Positions 1 through 13,749 are shown, counted from the whole stretch's first letter. The stretch is 62,964 nucleotides of DNA, filler included, from Reticulomyxa filosa (GCA_000512085.1; 22 parts of 22 records of this genome joined end to end with filler, not necessarily neighbours in it), one strand, 5' to 3'. Notes: generated by a model not told the origin, from the sequence alone. Numbers and translations are program-made.

Positions 1-1078
1 ATCATTATCATTATCATTATCATTACTATCATTAGTATTTAAATTTTCGTCACTATCCTCCTCATCACTCTCGTCATCGTCGCCGTCATCATTCACTTCG
101 TCTTCATCCTCCTCATTGCCATCATTGTGTTTACTTTGTGGAAGCGCATGATTTGTTTTCAAACGAGTTTTGACAAGATACTTCATGCGAGCACGAATTT
201 TGTTCAAGAGTTTTTGATTGAACCAACCCTGGCTGCTGCTGCATTTGTCTTTCACGTTTTCCTTATCGTTGATGAGACTGCGTATTTCGTCATCGTCGAT
301 GTAATTGAGCTGGTACAATCCGTGCAGCTGAGTGATCAGTCGAAAACTCATGACGTCCATGCTCGCATTGCTTTTGAACTTTTGAATTACCTTCTGTACA
401 CGAAGCAGCTTTGCGGGATTATCTTTTGCATTAATATATTCAATCACATTGCCATGTTCATTGTTGCCATTGACATTCGTATTGGTATTGGTATTGGTAT
501 TGGTATCGGCATTGATGTTGGCATCAGTATTGGTGTTATTTGTCTTTATATCGGAGGTATCATTTGTATTCGCACTAGCAAACAAATCAGCAGAGATATC
601 GGAAATAGGTTTGATGTTGTAATAGCGTATCGGTCGATAAGGCTTGCCGCGATAAGTGGTGCGATTGCTGGTTTTTTCCGCCTTTTGAACAACGCCCAAG
701 GTGAGCGCGTCGGCTTTGGATAGTCGAAACTCGACGGTTTGCAGAGGCGCGACAATGTACCTGGAGGACAGTGCCTGCGGATCTAAGCCGTGGCGGACCC
801 AGGATAGACGCCAAGGCCCGCGAGAAAAGCGATAGGCGATCAGAGGCAGCAGCAGCGACATGAGTCTGCAGTTGTCATAGCACAGTAAATAATGGTACTT
901 GTACTTCAGCTCGTAGATGATATGGGCTCGTTTCCAAATCGGCGTTTGCTCAAACATCTTGTGCAGCACATCCACAACGTCGTACCACACATGCAATACA
1001 CGCGTTTGGTTGATTATTGTTTCCACACGAGCAATCGATTCGTTTCCTTTTTCATTGTTATCCTTGTTGTTCATATCA

Positions 1079-1111
<33 letters not shown>

Positions 1112-2396
1112 CATTATTATTTGCATTGACAGTAATGTCGACTTGCAAATTATCATTTTGTTGCTGCTTTTTTTGCTGCAAATAATTCTGCATATCTTGC
1201 CACAGCAACTTGTGTTCGGAGGAGAGAGGCTCGGCTGGGATTTTATCCGGTGTGCAAGGGAAAGGAACGTCTGCGACGTGGTGCAGAGTTCGGAAAGGGA
1301 AGTCGCACAATAGGGTATACTGATTGTCGTACACTTCGACAAATGGTTTTTTGCGCTGTCTTTGTGACCCTATTACCGGCTTGGCATTTGTCTTTATTGC
1401 TCGCTTTGACGATTGCCTTCTCTTTTTGGGTTCGAGTTCATCATAAGATAACTATACCCATTTATTTATTATTATTATTTTTTTTTTGTTTGCATTGTGC
1501 TTTAAAAAAAAAAAAAAAAAGGAAAATTTCTGAAGAAAATTCCAAAAACAACACAACAAAACTAGACTTGATAGATCACACTGATTTGCACGGTGATAGA
1601 TCAGGGCTGAGTGATGTCGATCTCTACTATTGTAATGACACGGCTTTGGAATGGACAGGCGGATGGCATTGGGATGAGCAGATGCATTTTCGTCGTCGTA
1701 TATGCTCCACAGCATGTTGTTATGTCTATGCAACGTCTTGGAATGGCTTTCGCTCGGTGCAAATGTGGTCCTCTTGTCATTGTGTTCCAATGTTTGAAAG
1801 TCGGACAAGCAGTTATATTGGACCTGATAATTGATCGGTCCGATTAGTGTCATCTCTTTACTTTTATTTTTCTCTTGGCGTATTTTCGCCAATATTGGAA
1901 CTGTTATTGGTGTTGTTGCAATTGCCCTTTTTTTTTTTTTTTTGTTTTCTTCTTCTTCTTCTCCTCTACTTTGTTCTGCGTTTTTTTTCATTTTTTTTTT
2001 CACTTCTTTTTCATCATTATCACCTTTATCATTTTCATCATCTTCATTTGCTTGCTTCTTTTGCACGGAACAATTAATTATTTTTCCATAGATTGCGTGC
2101 TCGCTTCTTATCTCTTGTCGGTTGTATTCGGCCGATTTGTGAAAGTACATTTCTAGATATGGCTCATTCATAAAAGGCCCTTTGCGATTGTCGTTGTCAT
2201 TCTTCATCACCCAGTTATCTTTCGTCTCCCTCGAGCTCTCTTTCGTTCTTTCTATCGACTGGTAGTTACGCAATGAACGACCCACATTCTTCACTCCGCC
2301 CAACATGCAAAGCGCATTTGACACACTATTCACACGTCCTGGCACGCAAACACACAGCAAACATTTTTCTGGTGGATTCAAGACAGAATCACACAT
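1..2396 (-). CDS. GTF3C5: TFIIIC subunit 5 (tau95/TFC1), spliced, 3' end truncated by window
   Basis: N-terminal LLCVCVPGRVNSVSNALCMLGG..LEMYF and LIGPINYQVQYNCLSDFQ match the tau95 dimerisation region. Manual translation of about 980-720 gives KMFEQTPIWKR..LLLPLIAYRFSRGPWRLSWVRHGLDP..LQTVEFR, the tau95 DNA-binding domain. Exon borders approximate. Confidence 0.88.
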
Positions 2397-2612
2397 TGCT
2401 CAATTCAACACATTTTTTTTAAAAAAAAAAAAGGAAAGAAAATTCTTGTGAAATTTCCAAATCCTTGAGTTGCTTTTCTTTTTTTCTTGGGCACTGGTAT
2501 TTATTGCTGATGCTATTGCCTCCAATGAAATTTAATCGGCAATATCACTAACTTTTTTTCTCTCACATACTGAACTTTCTTTGTTGAAAAAGGTAAAAGT
2601 AGTGGCGGAAAA

Positions 2613-3260
2613 ATGACTACCGTACAAGAGACGGAAAATGAAAATGAAGCCAAGGAAAATAATTCAACCCAGTTAAGAAAAAAATCTGAAGATGAGAGTT
2701 CATGAAACTGACCAACTGTTAAAAAAAAAGGTCTTGTTTTCCACTTTTTCCAATTTGCTTTTGCAAATTTCCTCTCTTTTCTTTTGAATGTGAAGCAATG
2801 AGAAAGAACTGAAAGTATTACAACATTTGTATGGGGACATAATGAGTGAAGAGGAGTTGTACAAATCGTTGAAAATACATGGAGGGGACATAAAATTAGT
2901 GATTAATTCCATAGTAATGAAACAGTTGTCGAAAGCTGAGGAAATGAAAAGTGTCCAAGTAGACGAAATGTACCTTGAAAGAATTAAGCAAATTGACGCC
3001 ATTACCGATCGAGACACGAAATCAGTATGTGTTTTTTTCTCTTTTGTCCTCCCTTTTGGTTTTATTAAGACAAAGGTGTGACCTCCCCTGTTGTTTTGAT
3101 CCATCTTCGCAAAAACAAAAAAAAAAAAAAAAGGAGAAAATATTGTGGTATGCATGCGAATATGCGGAGATGAAAAATGAAGATCTGTTTGTAGAAATTT
3201 TGACAAAGTATGCGAAAGATGTTATCATTGATGAAGAATTCGAGTATCGTAAAATGAAAG
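2613..3260 (+). CDS. hypothetical spliced protein, partial, divergently oriented from GTF3C5
   Basis: ATG at 2613 (MTTVQETENE); exons LQHLYGDIMSEEELYKSLKIHGGDIKLVI and ILWYACEYAE separated by T/A-rich GT-AG introns. Confidence 0.5.
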
Positions 3261-3270
3261 TACAGACAAC

Positions 3271-3312
<42 letters not shown>

Positions 3313-3332
3313 GATCTCAAAGTAATACGTAA

Positions 3333-3432
3333 NNNNNNNNNNNNNNNNNNNNNNNNNNNNNNNNNNNNNNNNNNNNTTAATTAATTAANNNNNNNNNNNN
3401 NNNNNNNNNNNNNNNNNNNNNNNNNNNNNNNN
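3333..3432. other. artificial contig linker N44-TTAATTAATTAA-N44 (first of 21; others start at 5632, 7178, 9558, 12375, 13750, 16307, 25850, 27580, 29452, 30715, 33055, 35397, 40340, 41690, 43304, 45796, 47325, 49201, 51733, 53269)
   Basis: Identical 100-bp spacer with a palindromic core giving stops in all six frames; genes are cut off at each linker. Confidence 0.99.
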
Positions 3433-4218
3433 ATACGAAATAGTGTTACTCTCAATGAGAGTGACTTTCAGTAAATTAAAGAGTAAATCAAAGACAAAAG
3501 AAGTAAGATAGAAAACAAGTAAGAGGTAGTTTGTTGAGGAGGTTTAACCCAAAGGGAGCTCCTCAGTTCCATAAGCGTTCGGCCATGTGTGATAAGGGCT
3601 TGTCCTACAATGTTCTTTTAAATAAGGTGGACACTATGTTTGCAGTTTATCGCTAGTTTGTGCGTTGCATCTTTAAAAATAAAAATAAAAAAGTACAAAG
3701 TTGTTTTTTGTAATCAACAGTAATTAATATAAATACATTAAAAGACCAAAGTGAAACAAACATAGATAATTATATTTCTTTGAAAAAAGAAAATGAAAAG
3801 CTAAGTTCCAAACTAGAAAAATATTTTAGAAAATAGACTTAACCTGAAGTCGAAATGGAAAAATGTGACAAAAAGTGATTGCAAAAATGAAACTGAAAGT
3901 GTACAAAGTTGATCTACAACATTGGAGCAAGTCCCACATTGCATTTTAAATTTTTTTTATAATTTGTTTGTATTTTTATCTTAAAAAATTAAAATTTAAA
4001 TCTTTCAATTTTATTCATTTAACTTACATTACAATTTTCTTATTAGTCGGAAAATATTTGTTATAATATATGCAATTGTTAGCACTATTTGCAACTCGCG
4101 TCTTAGGGTGACCAATTTGCAATTGTTCAAAGGACAACAAAAGTACTGTTAGCAGCTGCCGAGAAACTCTAGTCGTAAAAAATTATTGCTTTGAAATACA
4201 CTTCAACTGTTTTCAACA

Positions 4219-4480
4219 ATGAGTAAAGTGACACATATCACCGCTCCAAACCTGATTGTAGTTGCAAGAGCATTTTGTTATGCTTTTTTCTGAAAGACAA
4301 CACACCAGAGCGATATGCACAAATGAATGCCGCTTATGTTGAGTTTTTCAAATCGCAAAAAGCGGATGTATGTGCCAGAATCACTGCCGGATGTGGAAAT
4401 TTGGCTTTAGGTAGTGATGTTGAGATAGATGGAGTGGCATTCTTACCAGGCAAATGTCCACATGCCAACTGTAAAATTTT
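4219..4480 (+). pseudogene. RidA/YjgF/UK114 family remnant with internal deletion and frameshift
   Basis: FLKD..YAQMNAAYVEFF..ARITAGCGNLALGSDVEIDGVA is the RidA C-terminal half. The upstream ATG (MSKVTHITAPNL) is out of frame and the YSQA/SGQ region is missing. Confidence 0.65.
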
Positions 4481-4818
4481 CATATTTTTGTCTCAAACAA
4501 AAAAACAAAATTTTCAGTTATTAAATAAGTTGCTTCGTTGCAATCACTTCCATCGCAAAGACGCAAATTTTTGTTGTGTTTCTCGCATTTTTTCTGATAA
4601 TATTTGTCGATATTTTTCTCTTAAAGGAATACACAACAGCTACTTTTTTTTTTTTGCAACGTATGATGTGGATTATCTTTAAAAAAAAATGGTCCATAAA
4701 ACTTTTTTGTTTAAAAGCACAACAATTTTAATCCTTAAAGTTAAGAATAAAATTTGGTTCGTAATTCAAACAAAAGGTTCTTTTGTAAATTGCGGATAAA
4801 AATTGACCCAAAATAATA

Positions 4819-5631
4819 ATGTCAGTTCGATTAGCTCAAGGCGATGCAGTGCTTGTGGAATTGCCCTCAAGTACTGCAGGAATTGGGTTGATCCGTTTCA
4901 TAGGAATGATATCCGGTGGAGGAATGACTCCATATGTGGGGTTAGAACTGGTTGAACCCGTGGCACATGGCCACGACGGAACCATTAACGGTTTTTCCTA
5001 TTTCAACGTTGACAAAGGGTACGGCGTGCATGTAGAATTGGCAAAAATTATAAAAAAGTTGGCAAGTGAAGAGATTATTACGAAGCTCAAGCAAGTCATT
5101 CAAATGTTTAAAGTTACATCAAAAAAAAAAAAAGGATAAAGGGGGGGGGGGACTAAATAAATCCAAAAAAAAAAAAAAAGAATAATAATAATTTGGGGGT
5201 AAAAAAAAAAGGCCAAATTAGAAGAATATGTACATGCAGTAGAAGAGCGCGATGCGTATATTGAAACATTACGAAATACGCATACAACATTAAAAAACCA
5301 TATGTTAACGCTGCAAGCGAGCACTCCAGTCACGCCAACGCCGACAGTCAATATACAACACGCATCCGACAACAACAACAACAACAACAACAAAGCCGAA
5401 AAAAGGAAGTGAATGCAATCGACACGAACGTGGTCCACGTCACAATGACAAACGTCCCTCAAATCCACCCGCCCGCGATCCACAGTTATCACAACGCAAC
5501 GACCGCCAATAATCTCCGAGAGCCTACCACCGCCACCAAAGATAACTCCCCTGTCCTCCTCCTCCTCCTCCTCCTTCTCTTCTTTCCGTTTCTCCACCAA
5601 CCACATCAGGTTTTTATTTATTTATTTATTT
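4819..5631 (+). CDS. CAP-Gly domain protein with coiled coil, partial
   Basis: GLIRFIG..YVGLELVEPVAHGHDGTINGFSYF..GYGVHV is a CAP-Gly signature; intron 5113-5211 keeps the frame (MFK/AKLEEY). Confidence 0.85.
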
Positions 5632-5759
5632 NNNNNNNNNNNNNNNNNNNNNNNNNNNNNNNNNNNNNNNNNNNNTTAATTAATTAANNNNNNNNNNNNN
5701 NNNNNNNNNNNNNNNNNNNNNNNNNNNNNNNTTGTATACGTACATATGTATGTATAAAT

Positions 5760-5797
<38 letters not shown>

Positions 5798-5819
5798 TAA
5801 ATGTACATATTTATATAAA

Positions 5820-6845
5820 TACAAACGAGTTGGCCAATTTCGCGAGCAAAGGTCTTTGAGAACCAGTAATAAGTTTTCCATTGAGCTCTCGAATAGCTTG
5901 CTGGGCATTTTCAGGCTGTCGGAAGCGAACAAATGCGACACCATTCTCACGCACGCGCGTGCATGTCAATTGTCCAAAAGGACTGCACAATTCATTCAAG
6001 TCTTTCTCCGTAAAGTTTTGTGGCAAACAACGCAAATATACGTTGTTCGTATTTTTGTTCATTATCATTTCCACGTCCTTTTCGCACAAGTCACACCCCC
6101 CCCACCCCCCACCCCCATTATGTATTATTTTTGTTTAATTGTTCATATATGCATATATATACATACATACATATACATATACATATACATATATATGTAT
6201 TACATGTCCTCACATAATACTAACCTCTTTGCCAACACGGATGATACGCTTGTTATTTCTTACTTTTCGATACGCATGTTTCACCAACAGTGTTTCATGG
6301 CTTCTTGAATCGATTCGTTTATTGTGCATTATTTCTATGGCCTAACCAATACAAACAAACCAAAAAAAAAAAAAAAAAAATAGATGTCCATCTTTGCATA
6401 CTAGATTTTTTTTAATTGTGAAAACGGAGAAAAGAAAAGTACATCTTATCTTACCATCTTTGCTGCATCTGCAGTCTCAAATCGTACAAAACCCACACCG
6501 TCTCCATATACTCTTGATTGTGTAATTACACCAAATTGTTTGAAGAGATCGTCTAACTCCACTTGCGTGCATTCTTTCCACAGCCCTTTCACATACAAAT
6601 TGTTTTCGTCCAATTCCATTGCTCCATTTTCGTCGTTTATGTCTATGTCTATTTCTATTTTATTTCATTTTTTTTTTCTTGTTTTTTCCTTCAGCTGTTT
6701 CTTATATACAAAAAAGATGTTTCCACGTACCATGAATTTGTTTGAACTGAGAAGCATCCTCCTTTGGAATTGATTTTGTATTGCTTAATGTGCCGTCGTC
6801 AGTTCGCAGATCTTCTGTTGAAACGTTTGTTTCGGGCACTGTCAT
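5820..6845 (-). CDS. multi-RRM RNA-binding protein (ELAV/RBMS-like), spliced, partial
   Basis: RRM1 NLYVKGLWKECTQVELDDLFKQFGVITQSRVYGDGVGFVRFE (about 6605-6470); RRM2 NVYLRCLPQNFTEKDL..GVAFVRF..AIRELNG..LLAKLA (6055-5830). Confidence 0.85.
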
Positions 6846-7359
6846 GGATAATACTTGTTGTTCCGATTTTATTTATATTAATTGATATAAAAGAGACTGG
6901 AATGCTTTTCTTTTATTATTGTCTACGTAACGAGCAGATTAGTATGAATACAATACCTTTTTTTGATGTTCCGCGTCTACTCTTTTTTTTTGTTATTATT
7001 TTAAGAACAATTAGATATTGTTAAGTCTTGCCCAGTATTCATGCTGAGGAGGTTTTGCAAATGAATGACAAAATTGAAAAGGTTAGTATACCCACTTCAT
7101 CAAAAAAATAAAAAACGTTCAGCAAACAACGAAACGAAAACAACGGAAAAAGTGACCTTTTTTTCTCTCTTCCCAAANNNNNNNNNNNNNNNNNNNNNNN
7201 NNNNNNNNNNNNNNNNNNNNNTTAATTAATTAANNNNNNNNNNNNNNNNNNNNNNNNNNNNNNNNNNNNNNNNNNNNTTGTTGATCTACATAATTTTTTT
7301 TTAGGAAACCATACGCATCAATAAACAACCGTGACCAATATATTTTTTTAAAAAAAAAG

Positions 7360-9192
7360 GGCACACGGACAGTCCTGCTTTTCGTGTGAAGCCACGCTCC
7401 AAATTAACGAAAGCAGGTTCTTTGATGGTTGCTGTTGAAGGTGAACTTTTTGCTTTTTTTTCTTTAATCGTTTTTTTTTTTTTTTTTAACCGTGTCCCCC
7501 CTTCCAAGAGAGTCCCATTTCTGTCTTCTAAGCAAAAACATACACAATACCAAAAAAGCTTACGGTGGTGGTTTATGGAGCACATGGTTTGACCGGGTAT
7601 GGATATTTTGAGTTTTTTTTTTTTTAATGTTGCTGACATATCTCAAACATGGACAAAGCCGAATAAATGTGTTGTTTGGAAACACATAGGACTTGTCTGT
7701 TGCTGGACGTGTGACAGTCACTGGTGACAAAGAAGAAAAAGAGTCGTTCCACTCACGACTGGCTCGAGTTGACCGTCCAATTTTGCGCATTTCCAATTTG
7801 GCCATCCATTTGAATCGTGGTGTCAATGAAACGGGTTTCCAATTCAACCAGGTTCGATATGTGTTGTGATACTATTCACAACATCTTTTTTTTTTTTTTG
7901 CCTTGCAAACATACATAAAAATTGGTATTGAATTGAAACTTTACTTTACACATAATAACTTGTACATGCGTATCAACACATACTCTAGGAAACACAAACG
8001 GTTCCAGTGTTGGCCACTGAATTTGCTGCGCAATCGAATAAAACTGTTACGTGTTTTTTTTTTATAAAAAAAAAAAAAAAAAATTTAAAGACAATGAACT
8101 CCTCAATTGTTAACATATTTGCTCATTTTCTGCATTGTGATGAAATCCAGTTTAATGAAAGCACCAAATCACCAATGAATGAGGATTGCCACCCAATGTT
8201 GTTGAAATTGCTGGCGAAAGAATTGAACGTGGATCCGGAACAAATCCACGACTTTGAATTGTACTTGTACGACACGCACAAGTCATGCCTCGGAGGTGCT
8301 TTGAACGAGTTCATTTACAGCGCTCGCTTGGACAACTTGATGAGCTGCTTTGTTTGCTTACGGGCATTGTTGCGAGCAAACTCCGCTGACAGCTTTGCCA
8401 GCGAAACAAACATCCGCGTATTGGCATGCTTTGACAATGAGGAAATTGGATCCAACTCCAACCGTGGTGCTGCTTCCAATTTGTTGTTGAGCAGTTGAGT
8501 AACCACTAATGTTTCATTTTGAAAAAGGGGAAGAGAGAGACTACAAACTATACCTTTTGCGACTCCAAGCTTTCAGCATATTAATATATTAATGTTTATT
8601 GTATGCTCATTTGTTCAACCAAAGCTATGAAAAGATTAAACGGAGAAAAGGGCTTTGAAAGTGCAATCCAAAAATCCTTTTTGATTTCTTCTGATATGGC
8701 CCATGCACTGCATCCCAACTATTCGGAAAAAGTATGCTTTGATTTAATTTGATTTGTGAGAAAGGAGGACAACAACTACTACTTTTCAAACACTTGGTAA
8801 GAAAACAAATTTCTGTATTGATGCGAAAACAATAACAGCATGAATCCTTACATGGACCTCTCATCCATAAAGGATTGGTTGTGAAATATAACTGCAACCA
8901 AAGATATGCCACCAGTATGGCCACAAGCTTTCATTTAACCGAATTAGCCAGAAAATTAAATATTCCTCTGCAGAAATTTGTTGTCAGAAATGATTCCCCT
9001 TGTGGCAGTACTATCGGGCCCATTTTAGCTACTGCCTGCGGCATTCGCGCTGTTGATGTTGGCATACCACAATTGAGTATGCACAGCATACGCGAAGTCT
9101 GTGGTGTTAAAGACGTTGTGTCTGCCACTAATTTGTTCACTGCTTTCTACGAAAACTTTGTCAAATTAGATGCAACTTTCAAAGTAGATTGA
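7360..9192 (+). CDS. DNPEP: aspartyl aminopeptidase (peptidase M18), multi-exon, 5' truncated
   Basis: M18 motifs [77 protein letters not shown]. Confidence 0.96.
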
Positions 9193-9657
9193 TTTGCACT
9201 CTGGTACTGGTGCTAATATTATGACTTGTCTGTTAGACTTTTTAAAAAATATTCAAAGTTAACAGGACAATTGTTCAGAAACAAATTATCCATCAGCTTT
9301 TACTAGTCTTATTTCAACTAAATTTCATATTTTGCTAGACGTATTACTATTCTATCATCTTGGGGAGCCCATGTGGTGAACTTTTTTAAAAAAAATGTTT
9401 TGTTGAGTAAACAAAACATTTTGACGTTTTCAGATACACTATTCTTCCCGCTTTTCAAACATATACTTTTTGTCTTGACAAGAGAAACTTATAATGACGA
9501 TTTTCAATATTTTTTAAAATCTTTATCTCGCTCATTACTGGCTCATTCTTCAATATTNNNNNNNNNNNNNNNNNNNNNNNNNNNNNNNNNNNNNNNNNNN
9601 NTTAATTAATTAANNNNNNNNNNNNNNNNNNNNNNNNNNNNNNNNNNNNNNNNNNNN

Positions 9658-9692
<35 letters not shown>

Positions 9693-9719
9693 TAATTTTT
9701 TTTTTTTTTTTTTTTTTGG

Positions 9720-10106
9720 TTAACCAAATCGGGTTTTGGCATTGGGGTTAAATTTCAAATTCAAGACTTCAACAGAGTAATAGATTTCTGCATTTGGGTC
9801 GGCTTGTTGGTATTGTTCATTGGAGGCTGATTTTTTGGAAATTTTTACTTCTGTTTCGTTGGACGTTGTCCCGTTTTGTGATTTTGAGGGCAAAGGCGGG
9901 GGTTTCTTTCCAGTGCTTCCTTTTGGTTTCTCGTACTTCTCCACATATGTCGCTGGAAAATAACCTCGCTCTCCATTGAGGGTCCCTACCCACCATCCAC
10001 TCTCATCTTCTTCCAAAACGTCAATTATGTCTCCTGCTTTGAATGATATCTGCCCTTGATCTTCGGCACTATACGTGTGCTGGGCAATCACTTGAAATAA
10101 AGCCAT
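9720..10106 (-). CDS. SH3 domain protein, N-terminal exon
   Basis: HTYSAEDQGQISFKAGDIIDVLEEDESGWWVG..RGYFPATYV, followed by a proline-rich KKPPPLP motif. Confidence 0.9.
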   Translation of the reverse strand: MALFQVIAQHTYSAEDQGQISFKAGDIIDVLEEDESGWWVGTLNGERGYFPATYVEKYEKPKGSTGKKPPPLPSKSQNGTTSNETEVKISKKSASNEQYQQADPNAEIYYSVEVLNLKFNPNAKTRFG

Positions 10107-10619
10107 GTTTTCGTCACTTCAACTCCAGACAAAAAACTTGTTACTTTAAGCTCTTTGTTTTTTCTTCTTTCTCTTTGATTGTCTCCAAAGCAGAAAGATG
10201 TGTTCACCAAACAGCTTACCACGAGATAAAACTGGGTAGATTAACTGAAAGGGGCCACACCAGACAGCTACGGACAAAACAAAAGAAGTACAGAGATGCA
10301 TAGTGTCGGTTTTTAATATATGCACTCAATTAAAATAAAAAAGGTCGAAAAGTTACAATTAGCAAGTGGTTTCTTGAGGACATAATAGTATTCATATTAC
10401 TTGAATCAAAACTCTACGTAACATCGTACTTTTTTTTATTATAAAGTTAAAGATTGTTTCATACGCCAAATATTTGCCTTTCAGGATGTTTTATTCGGTA
10501 ATTTGTAAGTGATTATTAACAGAAAAGAAAGATCAAAGCCATGATCAGAACTTATATCTCAGACAGTACGAGTTGGTAAAGTAAAAATTGAGTAACCTGC
10601 GTTCCATCAAAGATTAAAG

Positions 10620-12210
10620 ATGGCCAATGCAGATCGCAATAGCATTTCTGCAGATCAACGTCTAGGGCAGCCGCTACTCTCAAGTTGTATTTTTTTCCAT
10701 GTTTGTTTACTATGAAAAAAGAGTTTCAAAGGTTTGTTAACGGTTATGTTTTGGCACATTTATTGACAGACATCAGTAAAGGTGGAAGCATTGACAGCAA
10801 ACGAAGGACAGGTGGTACATTTGATGAATACCGAAGATGGGCATTGCGAAATGTATTGGCAACATCGTTGTGTCAATTTTCGATTTTGTTTGCTATATTG
10901 TGTAGTTCCATTGCCATTGCGGTTGATTCATTATTTGACCAGTTTTGTGTGAGCCACTCTTATTATTATTTTTTTTTTTTTCACTCCTTCAAAGTAATGA
11001 TCATTAAAATCAAACAAATAAAAAAAAAGAAAATTTTTTGTGGTTCATTTGGTATTCCTTGTATTGTTCACATTGGAGATGGCACTGAAAGTATTTAGTT
11101 TGGGTGTGTGGTACCCGATTGACGATCAATTTATTCCCTTTTTCAAGCATCCGTGGCACATACTTGATCTGCTCATCATTACGACATCGTGGGTTGCCTT
11201 CTTAATTAGTACCAATACTATTGTCTCCTTTCGCTTATTATTGGTTCTATATTTTTTGCCATTCACCGGTTATGTTTTGACTTGAGCAAAAAAAAAAAAA
11301 AACTATGTTGTACATCTTCCTCCGCCTAAACTCTCCCTTTTATTAAAAAAAAAAAAAAAAAAACTTGTGTATGTACATGCATTTATTGATGCTGTAATCA
11401 TATGTTGGAACGCAAGTGCACATAATGAAATAAAAATAAATTGTGTGTACATGCGCGTAGAATTACACACGCTGTTGATATCGTGCTTGCAATCATTGAA
11501 AAAACTGGCTGTAATTCTAGTGTTTTATCTGCTATTTTATTTGGTGTTTGCGACCTTTGGTGTGTACTTTTTGAATGGGATTTTACACAATCGTTGCTTT
11601 CGGGACGTTGATGATATCATTTTGACTCCGACTTCCAGTTCTGTATGTACACATACGTGCACACTCTTTCATAATTAAAAGAAGATAAAGTAGCAACTAC
11701 GTTATCAATAACAATAAATAATAATATAATAATATATATATATATATATATATGTATATACATTACACACACACACACACGTGTATAAAATAAAATAATA
11801 AAATGTAAAAAAAAAAAAAAACAATAAACAAATAAAATCGAAATAGCATGGACGGGAATAAGCGCCGCAGATCGCAATGAGATGCAAAGTGACATGTATT
11901 GTGAATATAGAGAAGGGCATTGGATGAATGACTCGTATTGTTTGAAAGGCAGTGAATACTACAATTTGACATTTGCATACGACAAATGTCTGCCCATTGC
12001 GTCGAATCCAGGACGAGGGTTGTATTCCTTTGACAACACCATCTCCGCGTTGCTGCAGGCCTTTACTATTTCGGTCGGGCATTGGAGCGTCTTGATGTCG
12101 TACATCGAATCCGCCTATGGCAACAAGAGCATCCGACTGTATTTTGTACTGCTCAATTTTCTGTTTAATTATATTTTGTTTCCTGCGTTTTTGGCATGTC
12201 AGAAAACTGT
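10620..12210 (+). CDS. Ca/Na channel-like ion-transport domain protein, atypical, spliced, partial
   Basis: S2 FTLEMALKV, S3 FFKHPWHILDLLII, S5 YLVFATFGVYFLNGILHNRCF, turret NPGRGLYSFDN, pore helix and S6 LYFVLLNFLFNYIL resemble domain I of four-domain channels. Confidence 0.8.
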
Positions 12211-12333
12211 TTTTTTTTTTTTTTTTTTTTTTTTTAAATGTATATGCATATGTATATAAGCATATATCTTTACAATTATTTTTGCAAAAGGGGAGAAAAA
12301 AAAAAATTTATTGAAGGATTACTTGTCCGACCT

Positions 12334-12374
<41 letters not shown>

Positions 12375-12474
12375 NNNNNNNNNNNNNNNNNNNNNNNNNN
12401 NNNNNNNNNNNNNNNNNNTTAATTAATTAANNNNNNNNNNNNNNNNNNNNNNNNNNNNNNNNNNNNNNNNNNNN

Positions 12475-12944
12475 CATTCGAATATGGGATATTGAAACAA
12501 CCAAACAATTCAATATATTCAAAGGACATGAAAGTGTAGTGATAAGTGTAAAATATGGATTAAATGAATTATCAAATACAATATTATCTGGATCAGATGA
12601 TAAAAGTGTTCGTATGTGGGATATTCGATCTGGTGAACAAATTCAATTATTTGCTGGACATGCAGATAGTGTGTACACTGCTGAGTATCCGCCATTTGTA
12701 ATAAAAAATAGTATTGGTAATTCAAATGTGATATGTTCTGGATCAATTGATAATACAATTCGTTTTTGGGATATTCGATCAAATAAGAATGAATTGTATA
12801 TCATCAAAGGAGATAATGAAGACGATGGAATATTGTGTCTTAAATTTATTGTGTTGAAAAAGAAAAACAAAAACAAAGAATGTTAAATATGATTTGAATT
12901 TGTGTTATGGTTCACGCAAAGGCCCCATTCGTGTTTGGGGATAA
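12475..12944 (+). pseudogene. WD40-repeat protein of an expanded family, partial, frameshift near 3' end
   Basis: GH..SGSDDKSVRMWD, GH..SGSIDNTIRFWD; the terminal GPIRVWG* lies in a shifted frame. Close paralogue at 43404-43931. Confidence 0.8.
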
Positions 12945-13355
12945 TTTACTGTTTTGTCGAATGATAAATGAAGTGGTTTTTTTGAAGAGTTTGATTAAAA
13001 GAAAAGTAAAGTGATATTAAACTTGTTGATTTGATTGAATGCAAGCATTGAAAGACATGTTTTATCTTACTTTGTTGTTTAAAAAATTAAAAAAGCTTTG
13101 TTCAATGTTTTTTGAAGAATTGAAAATCACAATAAATAAAAATTGTATCTAAATATCAAAATAAATTGCAAAAGATTTTAAGCATTGATATCATTGAAAA
13201 CAAAGACGTTGAAAAAATATTTTTCTAAAAATCCTTTATGTTTATGGTAACAAGATATTTTAATGGAGGAAAAAAGAATGACAAATCAAAAAGCTTTACA
13301 ATATGTTCATCCCCAAACATAAATTGGGCCTTTGATTGAACAATCTTTTTTTGAT

Positions 13356-13749
13356 TTAATTTTTTTTTTCATCTATTTTGACAAATGGTAGTCCGTTGTT
13401 AACAGTATATGTTGTTGCACGCTCAATACTTGTTAATCCTTTATATATCTCTGAGCGAAACATGCAAAATAAATTGACATTGTGATTGCAACAACGTTTT
13501 TCTAAAAACTTATTTATTCTTTTTTTGTATTTTTGTTCATTATTATCTTGGCGTTTCCATTGTTCAAATTCAAGCAATAATGCAATTGTATTATTGATGT
13601 CTCCGTTACAACAATAATTCAGCGCAATATAAACAAGATTAAAATCAATGAAATGATTCCACATTGCACTTATTTGCATAGTTTGTTGGATATACTGATC
13701 GTATAAAACCCATGTCAATAATATCATTTGTGTATATTCATCTTCACTC
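13356..13749 (-). CDS. hypothetical protein, probably lineage-specific family, partial
   Basis: Open frame to contig edge; YIALNYCCNGDINNTIALL resembles a UBA/CUE-like helix pair; no firm homology. Confidence 0.45.

Noticed and set aside
127-2156. Plus-strand ORFs rich in Ile, Phe, Leu and Tyr
   Set aside because: Antisense shadows of GTF3C5 exons and microsatellites.
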